This document shows, piece after piece, positions 1 to 9,925 of a stretch of DNA of 64,000 nt; position 1 is the stretch's first letter; the number at the start of each line of letters is the position of its first letter. Origin of the DNA: an uncultured Gammaproteobacteria bacterium. GTDB lineage: Bacteria; Patescibacteriota; Patescibacteriia; SG8-24. The notes beneath the pieces were generated by a model. It was not told the origin of the DNA. It searched no databases and saw nothing but the letters and a program-made list of their open reading frames with translations. The stretch covers positions 26,559-90,558 of the forward strand of contig CAZAOV010000002.1 in NCBI GenBank assembly GCA_964486995.1, written 5' to 3'. The position numbers and the translations under genes were made by a program.

Positions 1-2
1 AG

Positions 3-407
3 AACGACCAGACTCGGCACAAGACCGAGGCGATATTCGAGGAAATGCGACGCCGTGATATGTTCGAGGAAATCAGCGTGGATCCGTTGAGCCGGGTACA
101 GATCGCCCGCATCATGAAAGCCATCATTCCGGACTCCGCCATGTCCAACGCCAGTCGTTGCTACGCGGTCAGGCTATATGCGAAGTTCACGGACGTTGAC
201 CCACTGGCGGTATTCGAGCAATCCATCTGTGCGGAACGGCTGACGGATTTCAGTGAGGCGTTCGTGGCCGTGGCCATGATGGAAGTGCTGACGCCGCGTG
301 CGCAAGGGGGTGATCAATCCGTCATCCGATTCATTAAACGCATTGAAGCCAACAACGGCTCGATGAAAATCATCGCGGATGCGGCTGCCGAAGCGCTCGG
401 CGAGTAA
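3..407 (+). CDS. hypothetical protein, 5' end truncated by the window edge
   Basis: The reading frame is open from the first bases of the window, so the ORF-track start at 45 is probably internal. No recognisable motif. Confidence 0.4.
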   Translation, partial: NDQTRHKTEAIFEEMRRRDMFEEISVDPLSRVQIARIMKAIIPDSAMSNASRCYAVRLYAKFTDVDPLAVFEQSICAERLTDFSEAFVAVAMMEVLTPRAQGGDQSVIRFIKRIEANNGSMKIIADAAAEALGE

Positions 408-569
408 TATTACCAACGGGCATTTCGCCCGTTTTTTTGTGATTAATACAAAGGTCAAAAACGCCCTGATAGATGCGGGGCGTTTAGTAATTAATCTGTT
501 GACGGCGAGGCGGCAGGCAATCTTTACAGCCAGCGATAAATGTGCTAATTTGATTAGCGGTTTAGCGGT

Positions 570-1055
570 TTGCGAAGAGAGATTGAGATGAGCGAAGACA
601 AAAAGAACCCCATTCCCGGTCAGCAGCTGCTCGTACCGAATCATGATCAGTTGATCGTGATTGCGGGGCGGAAAGATAATCCCTACGAGCCAGATGAGCA
701 AGGGAACGCGGGAAGCGAGAGAGAACGGCGAAACTCTGCCGGCAATCAGAGGACGCGAAACGCCGATAAGCGACGGCGAAGAAAGCGACGTGCATCCAAG
801 AAGCGAAATTCCGGACGCACTCGCCAGAATAAATCCCGCCAGCCCGCGCCGCTCACCAGGAAAGATGTCGAGAAGCTGCGGCGCAATCTGCAGCATGCGC
901 TCGCTGAAGTGGAGTACAGGCGCGGTCTGCATGAGCATGCGGTTACCCATGCCGACAAGATGCTCACGGAAATCGACCTGGATAAAGCCCAGGAAAAAGC
1001 GGGGCGACTGCGCTCCCGACTCGAATCGGCCATAAATCAAGACAACAATTCGTGA
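570..1055 (+). CDS. hypothetical highly basic protein with an Arg/Lys-rich central segment
   Basis: 161-aa ORF with a GAG-rich RBS upstream. It is followed immediately by a clean rho-independent terminator, which supports the + strand over the overlapping 303-aa minus ORF. Confidence 0.45.
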   Translation: MRREIEMSEDKKNPIPGQQLLVPNHDQLIVIAGRKDNPYEPDEQGNAGSERERRNSAGNQRTRNADKRRRRKRRASKKRNSGRTRQNKSRQPAPLTRKDVEKLRRNLQHALAEVEYRRGLHEHAVTHADKMLTEIDLDKAQEKAGRLRSRLESAINQDNNS

Positions 1056-1088
1056 CTTAGCGGCAGCATTGCGATGCCGGTTCAATCA

Positions 1089-1118
1089 GAAAACCACCGA
1101 CTTAACGGTGGTTTTTTA
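1089..1118. terminator. bidirectional rho-independent terminator hairpin (aaaccaccg...cggtggtttttt)
   Basis: Perfect 9-bp stem with a T-run. It lies between the convergent genes 570..1055 (+) and 1116..2270 (-). Confidence 0.6.
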
Positions 1119-2270
1119 TCTGACTTCGACATTGATGTGATCAGCGGTGTTCGGTAGCCGTCGTGCCCAGAACGGCTTTATCTTTACCGATGCGGATGAT
1201 ACGCCGTCTAGCGATTCTAAATATTGAACGGCGGCGTTAGTGGTTATTCCAACTAATTTTTCCGAATCCAGGCCCGAAGCCTCGGTCGATAGCACCGACT
1301 GCCCGCGAGCAGCGACACGCACATTGGCGCGCTTACCGATTAAGTCCACTTTCTCGGCGGTCATATCCGAGTCGTCTAGATTCAACTGCGTCAGCATGCG
1401 ATCAAACGGCAACTTGTCAGCGAGCATCTGACGTACGCGTTGCTCAAAACCTGCTTCGTCATAAAACACAGCTTGACCGTTAACTGCCACAGTAAGCGTG
1501 AATGCGACCGCCTCTTCGCCTGCGGCGACATCGCTGGTGGAGCGGGTAGTTTCATAAATAAACAGTTCACCCGACATCGGCGCATCGTCCTCCCTAGCCT
1601 TCTCACGCAACGCCTCGGCTATTTCATCTTCTAGGCGACTTAACAATAAATCCTCGGCTTTTGTAATATCGGTCGGCGTAACCATGCGCACTTCTTTTTT
1701 GCCGCCCGACATCTGACCGACTGACCTAACAGTAAAAAAGGCGCGCGTTGACTCGTTCAGGCCCGGAATTGTGAATTCAGTGCCCTCAGACAGCTCCCCC
1801 ACTTCACCCGCTTCATCAGAAAAAACCTGCGCCCGCACCCTGCCGAAGCCCGGCACAACTACAGTATCTTTGATGCGGAACAACAATCCGTCTTCGGTCA
1901 TTAGGCGCGTTGAGGCAATTAAAGTTTGGTCACGATACAAATCGCTCGAAATTTCCACTTCACCTTCAGCATTCATGTCGATAGTTACTATCGAAGATGA
2001 ATTGAAAGTTTGCGAAGTGGACTTCGAGAGTTGATACACACTGCCCAGAACCTCATCATCACTAGGCCGCGCTGAAACATCAACAATCAACTCAGCTTCG
2101 ACACCCTGCTGTTCACTCAACACTGTCACGTTGGCGCGCGAAAAAGCCATGTACACCGCAAACACGGCAATAAACACAGCAATGACGAAAAAAGCCACGG
2201 CAATTAGACGATAAACCTTGTTCGATTGATGTTGTTGTTCTGGCTCGCTGACTTCGATCATATCCCCCAA
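1116..2270 (-). CDS. membrane-anchored hypothetical protein (single N-terminal TM)
   Basis: 384-aa ORF with an N-terminal hydrophobic helix (LIAVAFFVIAVFIAVFAVYMAF). No catalytic motif seen. Confidence 0.55.
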   Translation of the reverse strand: MGDMIEVSEPEQQHQSNKVYRLIAVAFFVIAVFIAVFAVYMAFSRANVTVLSEQQGVEAELIVDVSARPSDDEVLGSVYQLSKSTSQTFNSSSIVTIDMNAEGEVEISSDLYRDQTLIASTRLMTEDGLLFRIKDTVVVPGFGRVRAQVFSDEAGEVGELSEGTEFTIPGLNESTRAFFTVRSVGQMSGGKKEVRMVTPTDITKAEDLLLSRLEDEIAEALREKAREDDAPMSGELFIYETTRSTSDVAAGEEAVAFTLTVAVNGQAVFYDEAGFEQRVRQMLADKLPFDRMLTQLNLDDSDMTAEKVDLIGKRANVRVAARGQSVLSTEASGLDSEKLVGITTNAAVQYLESLDGVSSASVKIKPFWARRLPNTADHINVEVR

Positions 2271-2364
2271 TATTTATTCGCCTTAAATATACCAGATTTA
2301 AAGCGGAGAAGAAACTGCGCAGCTTTAAAGACGGTCACTAGGACCGTCTTTAGTAAGTTGTTGC

Positions 2365-2808
2365 CTATACCAACGAAAGTGCGACTTCGAGCAACTCGTC
2401 GTCTATGGGCAGACCCTCGATGATGAGTCGCACAAAGTGACGGGCACGCTCACGATCACAAAACACGACACGCCACACCTCGGTGTCGAGCTGACGCAGG
2501 ACAGTTAGGATGCAGCTGACATGATCCGCACTGTAGCGCAGATCATTCTCTCCCCCACCGAAACCCTGACCCATGAGGCAGAGAATCAGTGCGAGGAACA
2601 TATCGTCGTCTTCGTACGTGTCCAAGCTGTCATCAAGACAAACCTGATTCACGGCCTCGACAACTGCTCCTTCCAGATAACACATGTTTCTCTCCTTTGT
2701 TTGGGCTCTCAATGCGGGAGACTCAAAAGAACATGTTATATTAGCATAAAATAGCCCCTTTGTCAAGGATAAAAACACAAGCCGCCGAACCGTTCGGATG
2801 TGCGGCAC
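2365..2808 (-). CDS. hypothetical protein
   Basis: 147-aa ORF, acidic, with no recognised motifs. Confidence 0.4.
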   Translation of the reverse strand: MPHIRTVRRLVFLSLTKGLFYANITCSFESPALRAQTKERNMCYLEGAVVEAVNQVCLDDSLDTYEDDDMFLALILCLMGQGFGGGENDLRYSADHVSCILTVLRQLDTEVWRVVFCDRERARHFVRLIIEGLPIDDELLEVALSLV

Positions 2809-3074
2809 CGGCAGGCTGGCCGAACATAAGGATTTTTATCTATTTCCCTCCCCCTTTCCACTAAGGGAGAAATTTGTGGTGGGTGTGACTGCTTCCCTCA
2901 AAACCCCCACAACAGAAGATGGGCCGGGGTGAAGGTGACGAGCGGCAAAAAACACCCGAAAAGGTGTTTTTTCCTGGCGATGCGTATTAGATGAAGCTCG
3001 AATATTTTGAGCAAAATCGCAGGTTTATCGAATGAATTACTTGTAGTTGCTGTTAACGTTGTCCGTAGCCCATG

Positions 3075-3488
3075 TTACTCAATCTTAGAAAAATCTCCGT
3101 TAAGAACAGTCGGCTTCACCGCTTCAATCTCTGACTTACAGTAAGGCATTTCGGGAATCGGGTTTAGCATAAACACTTTTTGATTTAGAACATGGGCAAA
3201 ACCGATTTCCATTAACGTATTCCCGCCAACATAATTTTTGATGCCGTTCTTATCATAGTTCAAAACAAGCACCGCATCAGCCTCCTGCATCATATTCCAA
3301 AATTCACGAATGGCATCCATGTTATATTTTTGGTGAAGCTTGATTTTTTCAATTTCTTCATCGGTTTTGCCAACCATCGCTTTATGTAAATCTGTAACAA
3401 AAGCATCATGACCCAATTTTCGAAGTTTTTCTTTAACTTCAAGCATTTTATCAGTAAATTGCATGGAGCCGATTATTCCAATTTTCAT
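3075..3488 (-). CDS. nucleoside 2-deoxyribosyltransferase-like / LOG-like Rossmann-fold protein
   Basis: MKIGIIGS N-terminus and an NTLMEIGFA...KVFMLNP motif typical of the deoxyribosyltransferase-like fold. The gene sits in a low-GC (about 38%) islet. Confidence 0.4.
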   Translation of the reverse strand: MKIGIIGSMQFTDKMLEVKEKLRKLGHDAFVTDLHKAMVGKTDEEIEKIKLHQKYNMDAIREFWNMMQEADAVLVLNYDKNGIKNYVGGNTLMEIGFAHVLNQKVFMLNPIPEMPYCKSEIEAVKPTVLNGDFSKIE

Positions 3489-3992
3489 GAAAATGAGTTT
3501 TTAAAGTAATTAATATCACCTAGCGTCAGTGGGTAATAGCCCTTGTTGTGCGCGGGTGAGCAAAACGTAGCGCAACGAAAGCGCTGTGCCCACTCGAGTT
3601 GAAGGTCAGCAAGTTACTTCTGTAGCAGAAGTAATCACCAGAAAAGACCGAAATCAAACCATCTGAAGAAATCATAGATGACTCAACGAAAAATTGACAC
3701 CGTTACGGCAAGTTGTCTGTTCCGATTGGGCCATAATTATCAATTGCTTCAGTCTCAAGAAATGTCTCTAAAAAATTCGAAAGTGCGCCCCGGTTCAAAG
3801 CCACCACGCACGAGAAGCATACGGAGCGTAATCGCTTCGCGATAAAATGGCTTGGATTTTGTCCTAAAGATACCGCCTCAAAAACACCCTTTCGGGTGTG
3901 TTTTCGTGGCGGTACGGAAAATCTTTCAATCGCCAGGCAATACGAGTGGCGAATCAACCCCGCCACCAAAAATCAGCCCGTCAGGCCGGCGG

Positions 3993-6900
3993 TCAGACCT
4001 TGACCGCTCCCCTGCCCACCAACTGCTCCACCGCCACAATCAAATCCGACGACACGGCCACGCTGTAATTGGTTTTAATGCGTTTTTCTTGGCCGCTGTC
4101 GTTCACGAGCAGGATTACTTTACGAGTGCCGGAATGCTGTTCAAATGCTTCTTTGAGTTTGTCCACGACCGATGGCGCCATCGCTACCGGCACTTCAATC
4201 GTGACGGTTTCGGATTTCACTTTTACGGACGGGTCTTTGACGCAGCCACCGCCGAGCGCCAGCATATCGCGCACTTCGGATACGTTTTCCGGCGATAGAG
4301 GGGTAATTTTCTCGCACAGCAGCTTGATTTCGCCGTCGCGTTCGTCCAGCTTAGCCTCGACCATCACTGGCGTGTCCTTAATCCACTTATGTTTGGACTC
4401 AGCGAACGTGCGCGGGAACACCACTACTTCAGCCTCGAATCCACTGCCATCGTCGAGTCGCACAAATGCCATTGGTTCTTGCTTCTTCTTGGTGAGAATC
4501 TCGCGGATATCGGCAATCATTCCGCCCACCCGAACCAAGCCAGTTTGACCGCGCTTTTCTTCGAGCTTGTTGAGCGGTTCCAGAGAGCCCTCGAAATATT
4601 TGGCGTATTCGGTGAACGGATGTTCAGACACGTATAAACCGAGCAGTTCGCGTTCCCAGGCGAGCTTTTCGCGCTTAGTGGCGGACGGAACTTCGCGGAG
4701 CTTAAGCTGTACTTCGCCGGCGAGCGCGGGCGCGTCCGCAAAAAGGTTGCTCTGGCCGGACGCCAAATCTTTCATGGTCTCGCGGTTGAACTTGGTAATC
4801 TGATCGATGCTGGCGAGCAGTTGATTGCGTTCGCCAAGACAATCCATGGCTCCTGCTTTCATCAACGCCTCCAACACGCGCTTATTGAAGAACTTGGTCT
4901 CCATGCGCGAGGCCATATCGACTATACTCTTATGCTTACCGCGTTCCTTGCGCTCGTCCACGATGGCCTGCGCCACGTCGGTGCCCACGTTTTTGATTGC
5001 CTGAAGGCCGAAGCGGATGGTCTTGTCATCGATGTAAGTGAAGTCCACCAACGATTCGTTGACCGACGGAGGCAGAACCTCGATGCCCATGCGATTGCAC
5101 TCGGCCACGATAATCGCCACCTCATCGAGGTCACGCGACTCACAAGTGAGCAGCGCGCTCATGTATTCGGACGGCCAATTAGCCTTCAAATACGCGGTCT
5201 GATACGCCACCATACCGTAACTGCAGGCATGCGCCTTATTGAATCCGTATTGTGCGAACGGCTCGATGAGCCTCCACAGTTCCCAGGCTTTCTCCTCGGT
5301 CAGTCCGCCGTGCTCCTGACAGCCGCCGATGAACTTGCCCTGCTGTCGGTCCATCTCTTCTTTGATTTTCTTACCCATGGCCTTCCTGAGCTTGTCCGCC
5401 TCGAGCCAGTCATAGCCGGCGAGCGTGATGGCGGTCAGCATGACGTCATCCTGATACACCAAGAGGCCGTAACTCGCCTTGAGAGCTTCTTCGAGCCGTG
5501 GGTCTGGGTATTCAATCAGCTTTGGATCCTTAGACCTGGCGATATACTCGGGAATAGTTTCCATCGGGCCCGGGCGATACAGTGCCACCATGGCCATGAT
5601 GTCGGTAATCTTCTTCGGCTCCAATGCCATCAGATTCTTGGTCATACCCGCACCGCCCAGCTGAAACAGGCCCTTGGTTTCGCCGCGCTTCAGAAGTTCG
5701 AAAGTCTTGGGGTCGTCGAGCGGTATGTCGCGAATGTCGATATCTAGCCCCTTGGTATTCTTGATGGTTTTTATGGCCAGACCGAGGATAGAAAGGTTGC
5801 GAATACCGAGAAAGTCCATTTTGACCGCACCTGCGTCTTCCACCTGATGCATATCGTACTGGGTGGTGAGCTTGTCGCCGCCGTGCGAGTCACGCTGTAG
5901 CGCGGTGAACTCGGTCAAGGGACGAGGCGTGATAACCACGCCAGCAGCGTGCACTGAGCAGTGGCGCGCGCAGCCTTCGACTTTTTGCGCCAGATTGAGC
6001 AGACGCTTGACCTGTGGGTCATTATCGTACATCTCTTTGAGTTCGGGTTCCATCTCTAGCCCTTGCTCGATGTTCTTGGCGGACACGGGAATGAGCTTGG
6101 AAATCTGGTCGCAAAAAACGTAGGGTAAATTGAGTGCGCGGCCCACGTCGCGCACCGCCCCGCGCGCGGCAAGGGTTCCGTAAGTGCCGATTTGCGCGAC
6201 CTTGTCTTTGCCGTACTTGTCGGTCGCGTACTGGATGACTTCATCTCGACGAGTATCTTCAAAGTCGCCGTCAATATCCGGCGCGGACGGACGGAGCGGA
6301 TTCAAAAAACGCTCGAACGGCAACTTGTAGGTCATCGGATTGACTGGAACGATGTCGATGGCATAGGAAACGAGCGAACCGGCGGCCGAGCCACGGGTCG
6401 TATTGGCAATTCCCTGCTCGTTGGCGAACTTCATATAGTCGGACACGATCAGGAAGTACGACGCATAGCCCTTGGTCTTGATGATGTCCAGTTCGTAGTC
6501 TATTCGCTTGTAGAATTCTTCCGGTACGCCCTCGGGCATTTTTTCTTTAATGCCCTTAAGCGTCTCCTCGCGAAGGACTTCGTCATAGGTCTTGCCTTCT
6601 GGAATTTTATAATCAGCAAAATACCATTTGCCGAGTTCCAGTTCTACGTTACAGCGCTCGGCGATCTTGGCGGTGTTTTCGATGGCTTCTGGGAAGTTGC
6701 GAAACGCCTGTTCCATATGATCGCCGGACACGAACGAGTAGTCGGCGCCCATCATGGTCTTACGACGGTCGTCCTGAACGACCTTGCCGGAGCCAACGCA
6801 CATCAGAACGTCATGCGCTTCGGCGTCGTCCGGATCCAGGTAATGCACGTCCTTGGTGGCGACCAGCTCAAGACCAGTTTTCTTGGCCAACTCGATGAGG

Positions 6901-7472
6901 TCTTTGTTGCGCGCCACCTGCTCGTCCAGCTCGGGATGGTCCTGCATCTCGAGGAAGAAATTATCTGCACCGAGAATGTCTTTGTATTCGTTGGCCACGC
7001 GTTCGGCTTTTTCGAGGTCGCCACTGCCGAGTGCCTTGCAGATTTCTCCGGACAGCCCGCCCGATAACCCAATGAGCCCAGCCGAGTGCTGGCGCAGAAC
7101 TTCCTTGTCGATACGCGGGCGATAGTAGAAACCTTCGACGTTGGCTATAGTCGCGAGCTTAAGGAGGTTCATGTACCCCTCGGTGGTTTCGGCGAGCAGG
7201 ACAAACTGATTGGTCCGGTCGTCGATACGCGGCCGCTTGTCGGTGAGTTTATCGAGCGCCATGTAAGCGCAAATGCCAATGATAGGTTTTATCTCGGCTT
7301 TATGACAGGCCTGATAGAACTCCACTCCCCCATGCAGTACGCCATAGTCAGTCATCGCCACCGCCGGCATCTCGAGCTCCTTAGCGCGCGAAACCAGCTC
7401 CTTGATTTTCGGGAGCGCACGGAGCATCGAATAGTGCGAATGCACGTGGAGATGGACGAATTTGCTTGGCAT
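3993..7472 (-). CDS. dnaE: DNA polymerase III alpha subunit
   Basis: 1159 aa. N-terminal PHP domain (HLHVHSHYSMLRA), polymerase core and a C-terminal OB fold. Confidence 0.95.
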   Translation of the reverse strand: MPSKFVHLHVHSHYSMLRALPKIKELVSRAKELEMPAVAMTDYGVLHGGVEFYQACHKAEIKPIIGICAYMALDKLTDKRPRIDDRTNQFVLLAETTEGYMNLLKLATIANVEGFYYRPRIDKEVLRQHSAGLIGLSGGLSGEICKALGSGDLEKAERVANEYKDILGADNFFLEMQDHPELDEQVARNKDLIELAKKTGLELVATKDVHYLDPDDAEAHDVLMCVGSGKVVQDDRRKTMMGADYSFVSGDHMEQAFRNFPEAIENTAKIAERCNVELELGKWYFADYKIPEGKTYDEVLREETLKGIKEKMPEGVPEEFYKRIDYELDIIKTKGYASYFLIVSDYMKFANEQGIANTTRGSAAGSLVSYAIDIVPVNPMTYKLPFERFLNPLRPSAPDIDGDFEDTRRDEVIQYATDKYGKDKVAQIGTYGTLAARGAVRDVGRALNLPYVFCDQISKLIPVSAKNIEQGLEMEPELKEMYDNDPQVKRLLNLAQKVEGCARHCSVHAAGVVITPRPLTEFTALQRDSHGGDKLTTQYDMHQVEDAGAVKMDFLGIRNLSILGLAIKTIKNTKGLDIDIRDIPLDDPKTFELLKRGETKGLFQLGGAGMTKNLMALEPKKITDIMAMVALYRPGPMETIPEYIARSKDPKLIEYPDPRLEEALKASYGLLVYQDDVMLTAITLAGYDWLEADKLRKAMGKKIKEEMDRQQGKFIGGCQEHGGLTEEKAWELWRLIEPFAQYGFNKAHACSYGMVAYQTAYLKANWPSEYMSALLTCESRDLDEVAIIVAECNRMGIEVLPPSVNESLVDFTYIDDKTIRFGLQAIKNVGTDVAQAIVDERKERGKHKSIVDMASRMETKFFNKRVLEALMKAGAMDCLGERNQLLASIDQITKFNRETMKDLASGQSNLFADAPALAGEVQLKLREVPSATKREKLAWERELLGLYVSEHPFTEYAKYFEGSLEPLNKLEEKRGQTGLVRVGGMIADIREILTKKKQEPMAFVRLDDGSGFEAEVVVFPRTFAESKHKWIKDTPVMVEAKLDERDGEIKLLCEKITPLSPENVSEVRDMLALGGGCVKDPSVKVKSETVTIEVPVAMAPSVVDKLKEAFEQHSGTRKVILLVNDSGQEKRIKTNYSVAVSSDLIVAVEQLVGRGAVKV

Positions 7473-7486
7473 GTTCTGTTAATCGT

Positions 7487-7557
7487 ATCGGCAGAGCTTG
7501 CCTCTGCCTATTCGCTATCTACTATAAATTATGGTGGGCAGAGGCAAGCTCTGCCGC
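7487..7557. repeat. family-B palindromic repeat element (ggcagagcttgcctctgcc ... ggcagaggcaagctctgcc), copy 1
   Basis: Two mutually reverse-complementary 19-bp arms, each itself a hairpin, separated by about 30 nt. Located 15 nt upstream of the dnaE start. Confidence 0.7.
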
Positions 7558-7650
7558 CACCCATCTACATCTACCTTATACTAATGCGAGCTTATATAAA
7601 AAGACGAGATGATTCAATCATGTCTTGACCCTAAATCGGGTGTAAGATTT

Positions 7651-8337
7651 TTAATCCTGGCTTTTCGGGGCCAACTCCTCAGCTTTGACGCCTATATTCA
7701 AACCTGGCCCCAGCCTCTTATCCATCTGCTGGAGAAAATACGGCCGGATTTCTTTCGTGAGGGTGCGAAGAATGCTCTGATCACGCCATCGTTTTTCCTG
7801 GATTCGCCGGACGAACTGGTCACGCCTGAATATCATCTCACCTAAATCAATTAAAATAACTTTACCTGCCGTGGTTATGCCGCAATTTTGAGCCGGCAAA
7901 AAGGACTGGGTCATAACTCCCTGTTGCAGCAACCCGAGTGTTAAATCAACATAGCGATCGATAATTTGCCGCTGTTCAGGCAGCTCGACGCGATATAACT
8001 CCTCACCGACCGTGGCCGCCACGCAATCCTGTTCGTAACAACAATTCGGTAAAAACACAGGATTTCCCAATAGGGCTCCATCCAATAAGTGCGCTCTTTC
8101 AGCTAAACCGGATAAAGACTCACGTATGTGACTCTCTACGATGCTTGAACGCTTAAACACTTGGTGCGGGGACAGGCGGCTTTCTTTAAGTACCCTCCAT
8201 AGTCGTTCCCGCCTCGACAGTGGCACCTTCAATACACGCCCCCCGCCAGCCGAAAAAACCGCGAACTGCCAACCTTGACCGATTCGCTCGCCGGCTGTCG
8301 TGATGCGTACCTTTGTCGTAATCATACTTTCTTTCAT
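7651..8337 (-). CDS. protein-kinase-like fold protein (RIO/Kdo-kinase-like motifs), hypothetical
   Basis: H-x-x-DGALLGN and KVILIDLGE resemble the HGDLHxGN and IDFG motifs of the RIO/KdkA/APH kinase superfamily. Confidence 0.35.
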   Translation of the reverse strand: MKESMITTKVRITTAGERIGQGWQFAVFSAGGGRVLKVPLSRRERLWRVLKESRLSPHQVFKRSSIVESHIRESLSGLAERAHLLDGALLGNPVFLPNCCYEQDCVAATVGEELYRVELPEQRQIIDRYVDLTLGLLQQGVMTQSFLPAQNCGITTAGKVILIDLGEMIFRRDQFVRRIQEKRWRDQSILRTLTKEIRPYFLQQMDKRLGPGLNIGVKAEELAPKSQD

Positions 8338-8395
8338 CTATGTCCGCCTTGCGCTGCATGGTCAAGTTTTGACCTTGTGGTAATCTAAATTAAAT

Positions 8396-9043
8396 ATGTC
8401 TTGGTGCGGCAAAATAATCAGCTTTGTACTTATATCGATAGCGATCCTCGCGTTGGTGTCGGTTGGCTTGTTGTGGCGCGTACAAAACAAATATGAGCCG
8501 TTGGTTGCCGCTGATGTCGAAGCCCTCTCCGCCACCAATGTGGTCATCGTATTCGGTGCCGGATTGACGGCGAACAGCACTCGACCGTCGGATATGCTGC
8601 ACGATCGCCTGCAGACTGCAGCTGAAGTCTACCACGCCGGCAAGGCGCGAATAATTTTAGTATCTGGCGACAATCGTTTCGAAAACTACAACGAACCGGA
8701 GGTGATGCGGGAAACTTTAATTGAAGAGTATGATGTGCCGAGAGAAGACATCTACGCCGACTACGCCGGTCGCCGCACCTACGACACTTGCGCCCGTGCG
8801 CACGAACTGTGGGGTGTGCGGCGCGCGATTCTGGTGACACAGAATTTTCATTTGCCGCGCGCACTCATGACATGTTCGACGCTCGGCATAGAAAGCCGGG
8901 GTGTTTCGGCCTCATTACGCCCATATATGTTAATGCAACGCAACAATCTGCGCGAAGCGCTGGCGCAACTTAAGGCGTACTTTGATTTATACATTTGGTC
9001 GCCCGACTATCTGGGCGGTCCGCAAGAAGCGCGGATAGATTAA
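8396..9043 (+). CDS. SanA/YdcF (DUF218) family membrane-anchored protein
   Basis: N-terminal TM and a DUF218-like core (VIVFGAGL...ILVSGDN...ILVTQNFH). A terminator hairpin follows at 9043-9066. Confidence 0.7.
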   Translation: MSWCGKIISFVLISIAILALVSVGLLWRVQNKYEPLVAADVEALSATNVVIVFGAGLTANSTRPSDMLHDRLQTAAEVYHAGKARIILVSGDNRFENYNEPEVMRETLIEEYDVPREDIYADYAGRRTYDTCARAHELWGVRRAILVTQNFHLPRALMTCSTLGIESRGVSASLRPYMLMQRNNLREALAQLKAYFDLYIWSPDYLGGPQEARID

Positions 9044-9070
9044 AAACCACCCAAGCGGGTGGTTTTAGGA

Positions 9071-9751
9071 TCAGTGTAGTAACTCAGAGGGAATCGGCGC
9101 CACTGGTGGCTGCCGCAACCGACGTTGAAACGCCGCACGCCGTCGGTCGATTTCGCTTACGGTTAGCCGCGCGTGCGGCTGATAGCTCCGATACGGCCCG
9201 CGCTCACCGTATGCCGGTCGATAAAGCGGCCGCACATCGAAAAACCAATGCAAGAACAGGTGATTGGCCAAGCTGGGTCGATATCGAACGGTCATATCGT
9301 AGTTGTACCGCGCATATCCGTCGACATTCAGGGCGAACATCGCCTCCAGCCGCACCTGCTGACTGCGTGAATCATGCCGAATGCTGACTGCGGCTATTGG
9401 CACCGTTGGCCGTCCGGGCGGTGAAGATGGATAGGCAACAAACGACACCGTCCGCAGCGAACCGGTGCGCCGCTCAACGCAACCGACGTAATCAACCAAG
9501 CCGTCGCGGTCCCAATCCACGTTGTTAATGCCGTTCGCCGGATCATTGATGAGGGTTTCGAGCGCGGTCATATCGCGCGCCGCACTGCGACCGGTCGAAG
9601 ACATTAGCTCCATCACGGTCTGCAAATTGAAATCTGAGACGGTGGCAACTGGTGCTGCTCTACACGTGTCCTGCTGAGCATACGCCTGTGCTCCGCACAA
9701 CAGAACGCCTCCGAGAACCGCCGCCACGAAAACCGCTCGAATCGACCGCAT
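9071..9751 (-). CDS. secreted hypothetical protein (signal peptide)
   Basis: N-terminal signal peptide with an AYA-QQ cleavage-like site. No further motif. Confidence 0.5.
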   Translation of the reverse strand: MRSIRAVFVAAVLGGVLLCGAQAYAQQDTCRAAPVATVSDFNLQTVMELMSSTGRSAARDMTALETLINDPANGINNVDWDRDGLVDYVGCVERRTGSLRTVSFVAYPSSPPGRPTVPIAAVSIRHDSRSQQVRLEAMFALNVDGYARYNYDMTVRYRPSLANHLFLHWFFDVRPLYRPAYGERGPYRSYQPHARLTVSEIDRRRAAFQRRLRQPPVAPIPSELLH

Positions 9752-9860
9752 GGTCAGCCTCCTTTCAAATGAATGTCGTTCGCATATTTACACGGCGGAA
9801 AAAAAGAGTCAAACACGGCCGTGCAAAAAAACGCGCATTTCTACACGTTTTTTAATTTTG

Positions 9861-9916
9861 CCTGTCTGTACTTTCTCAAGTACTATCTGTCTGTACTTTT
9901 CTGAGTACAGACAGGT
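9861..9916. repeat. direct plus inverted ctgtctgtac repeats forming a 10-bp-stem hairpin
   Basis: The ctgtctgtac unit occurs twice directly. The second copy forms a perfect hairpin (ctgtctgtac-ttttctga-gtacagacag) immediately downstream of the 664-aa gene. Confidence 0.5.
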
Positions 9917-9925
9917 AGCAAATTT

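Noticed and set aside
174-1085. 303-aa minus-strand ORF overlapping the 45..407 and 570..1055 plus-strand ORFs
   Set aside because: It starts inside a terminator hairpin and spans an AT-rich intergenic region. The plus-strand ORF 570..1055 has an RBS and is followed by a clean terminator, so the minus ORF was treated as a shadow frame. Confidence is moderate.
4069-7125. Numerous ORFs of 60-300 aa inside dnaE (for example 4821..5747 +, 6192..7067 +, 7086..7628 +)
   Set aside because: They are antisense or alternative-frame shadows of the 1159-aa dnaE gene.
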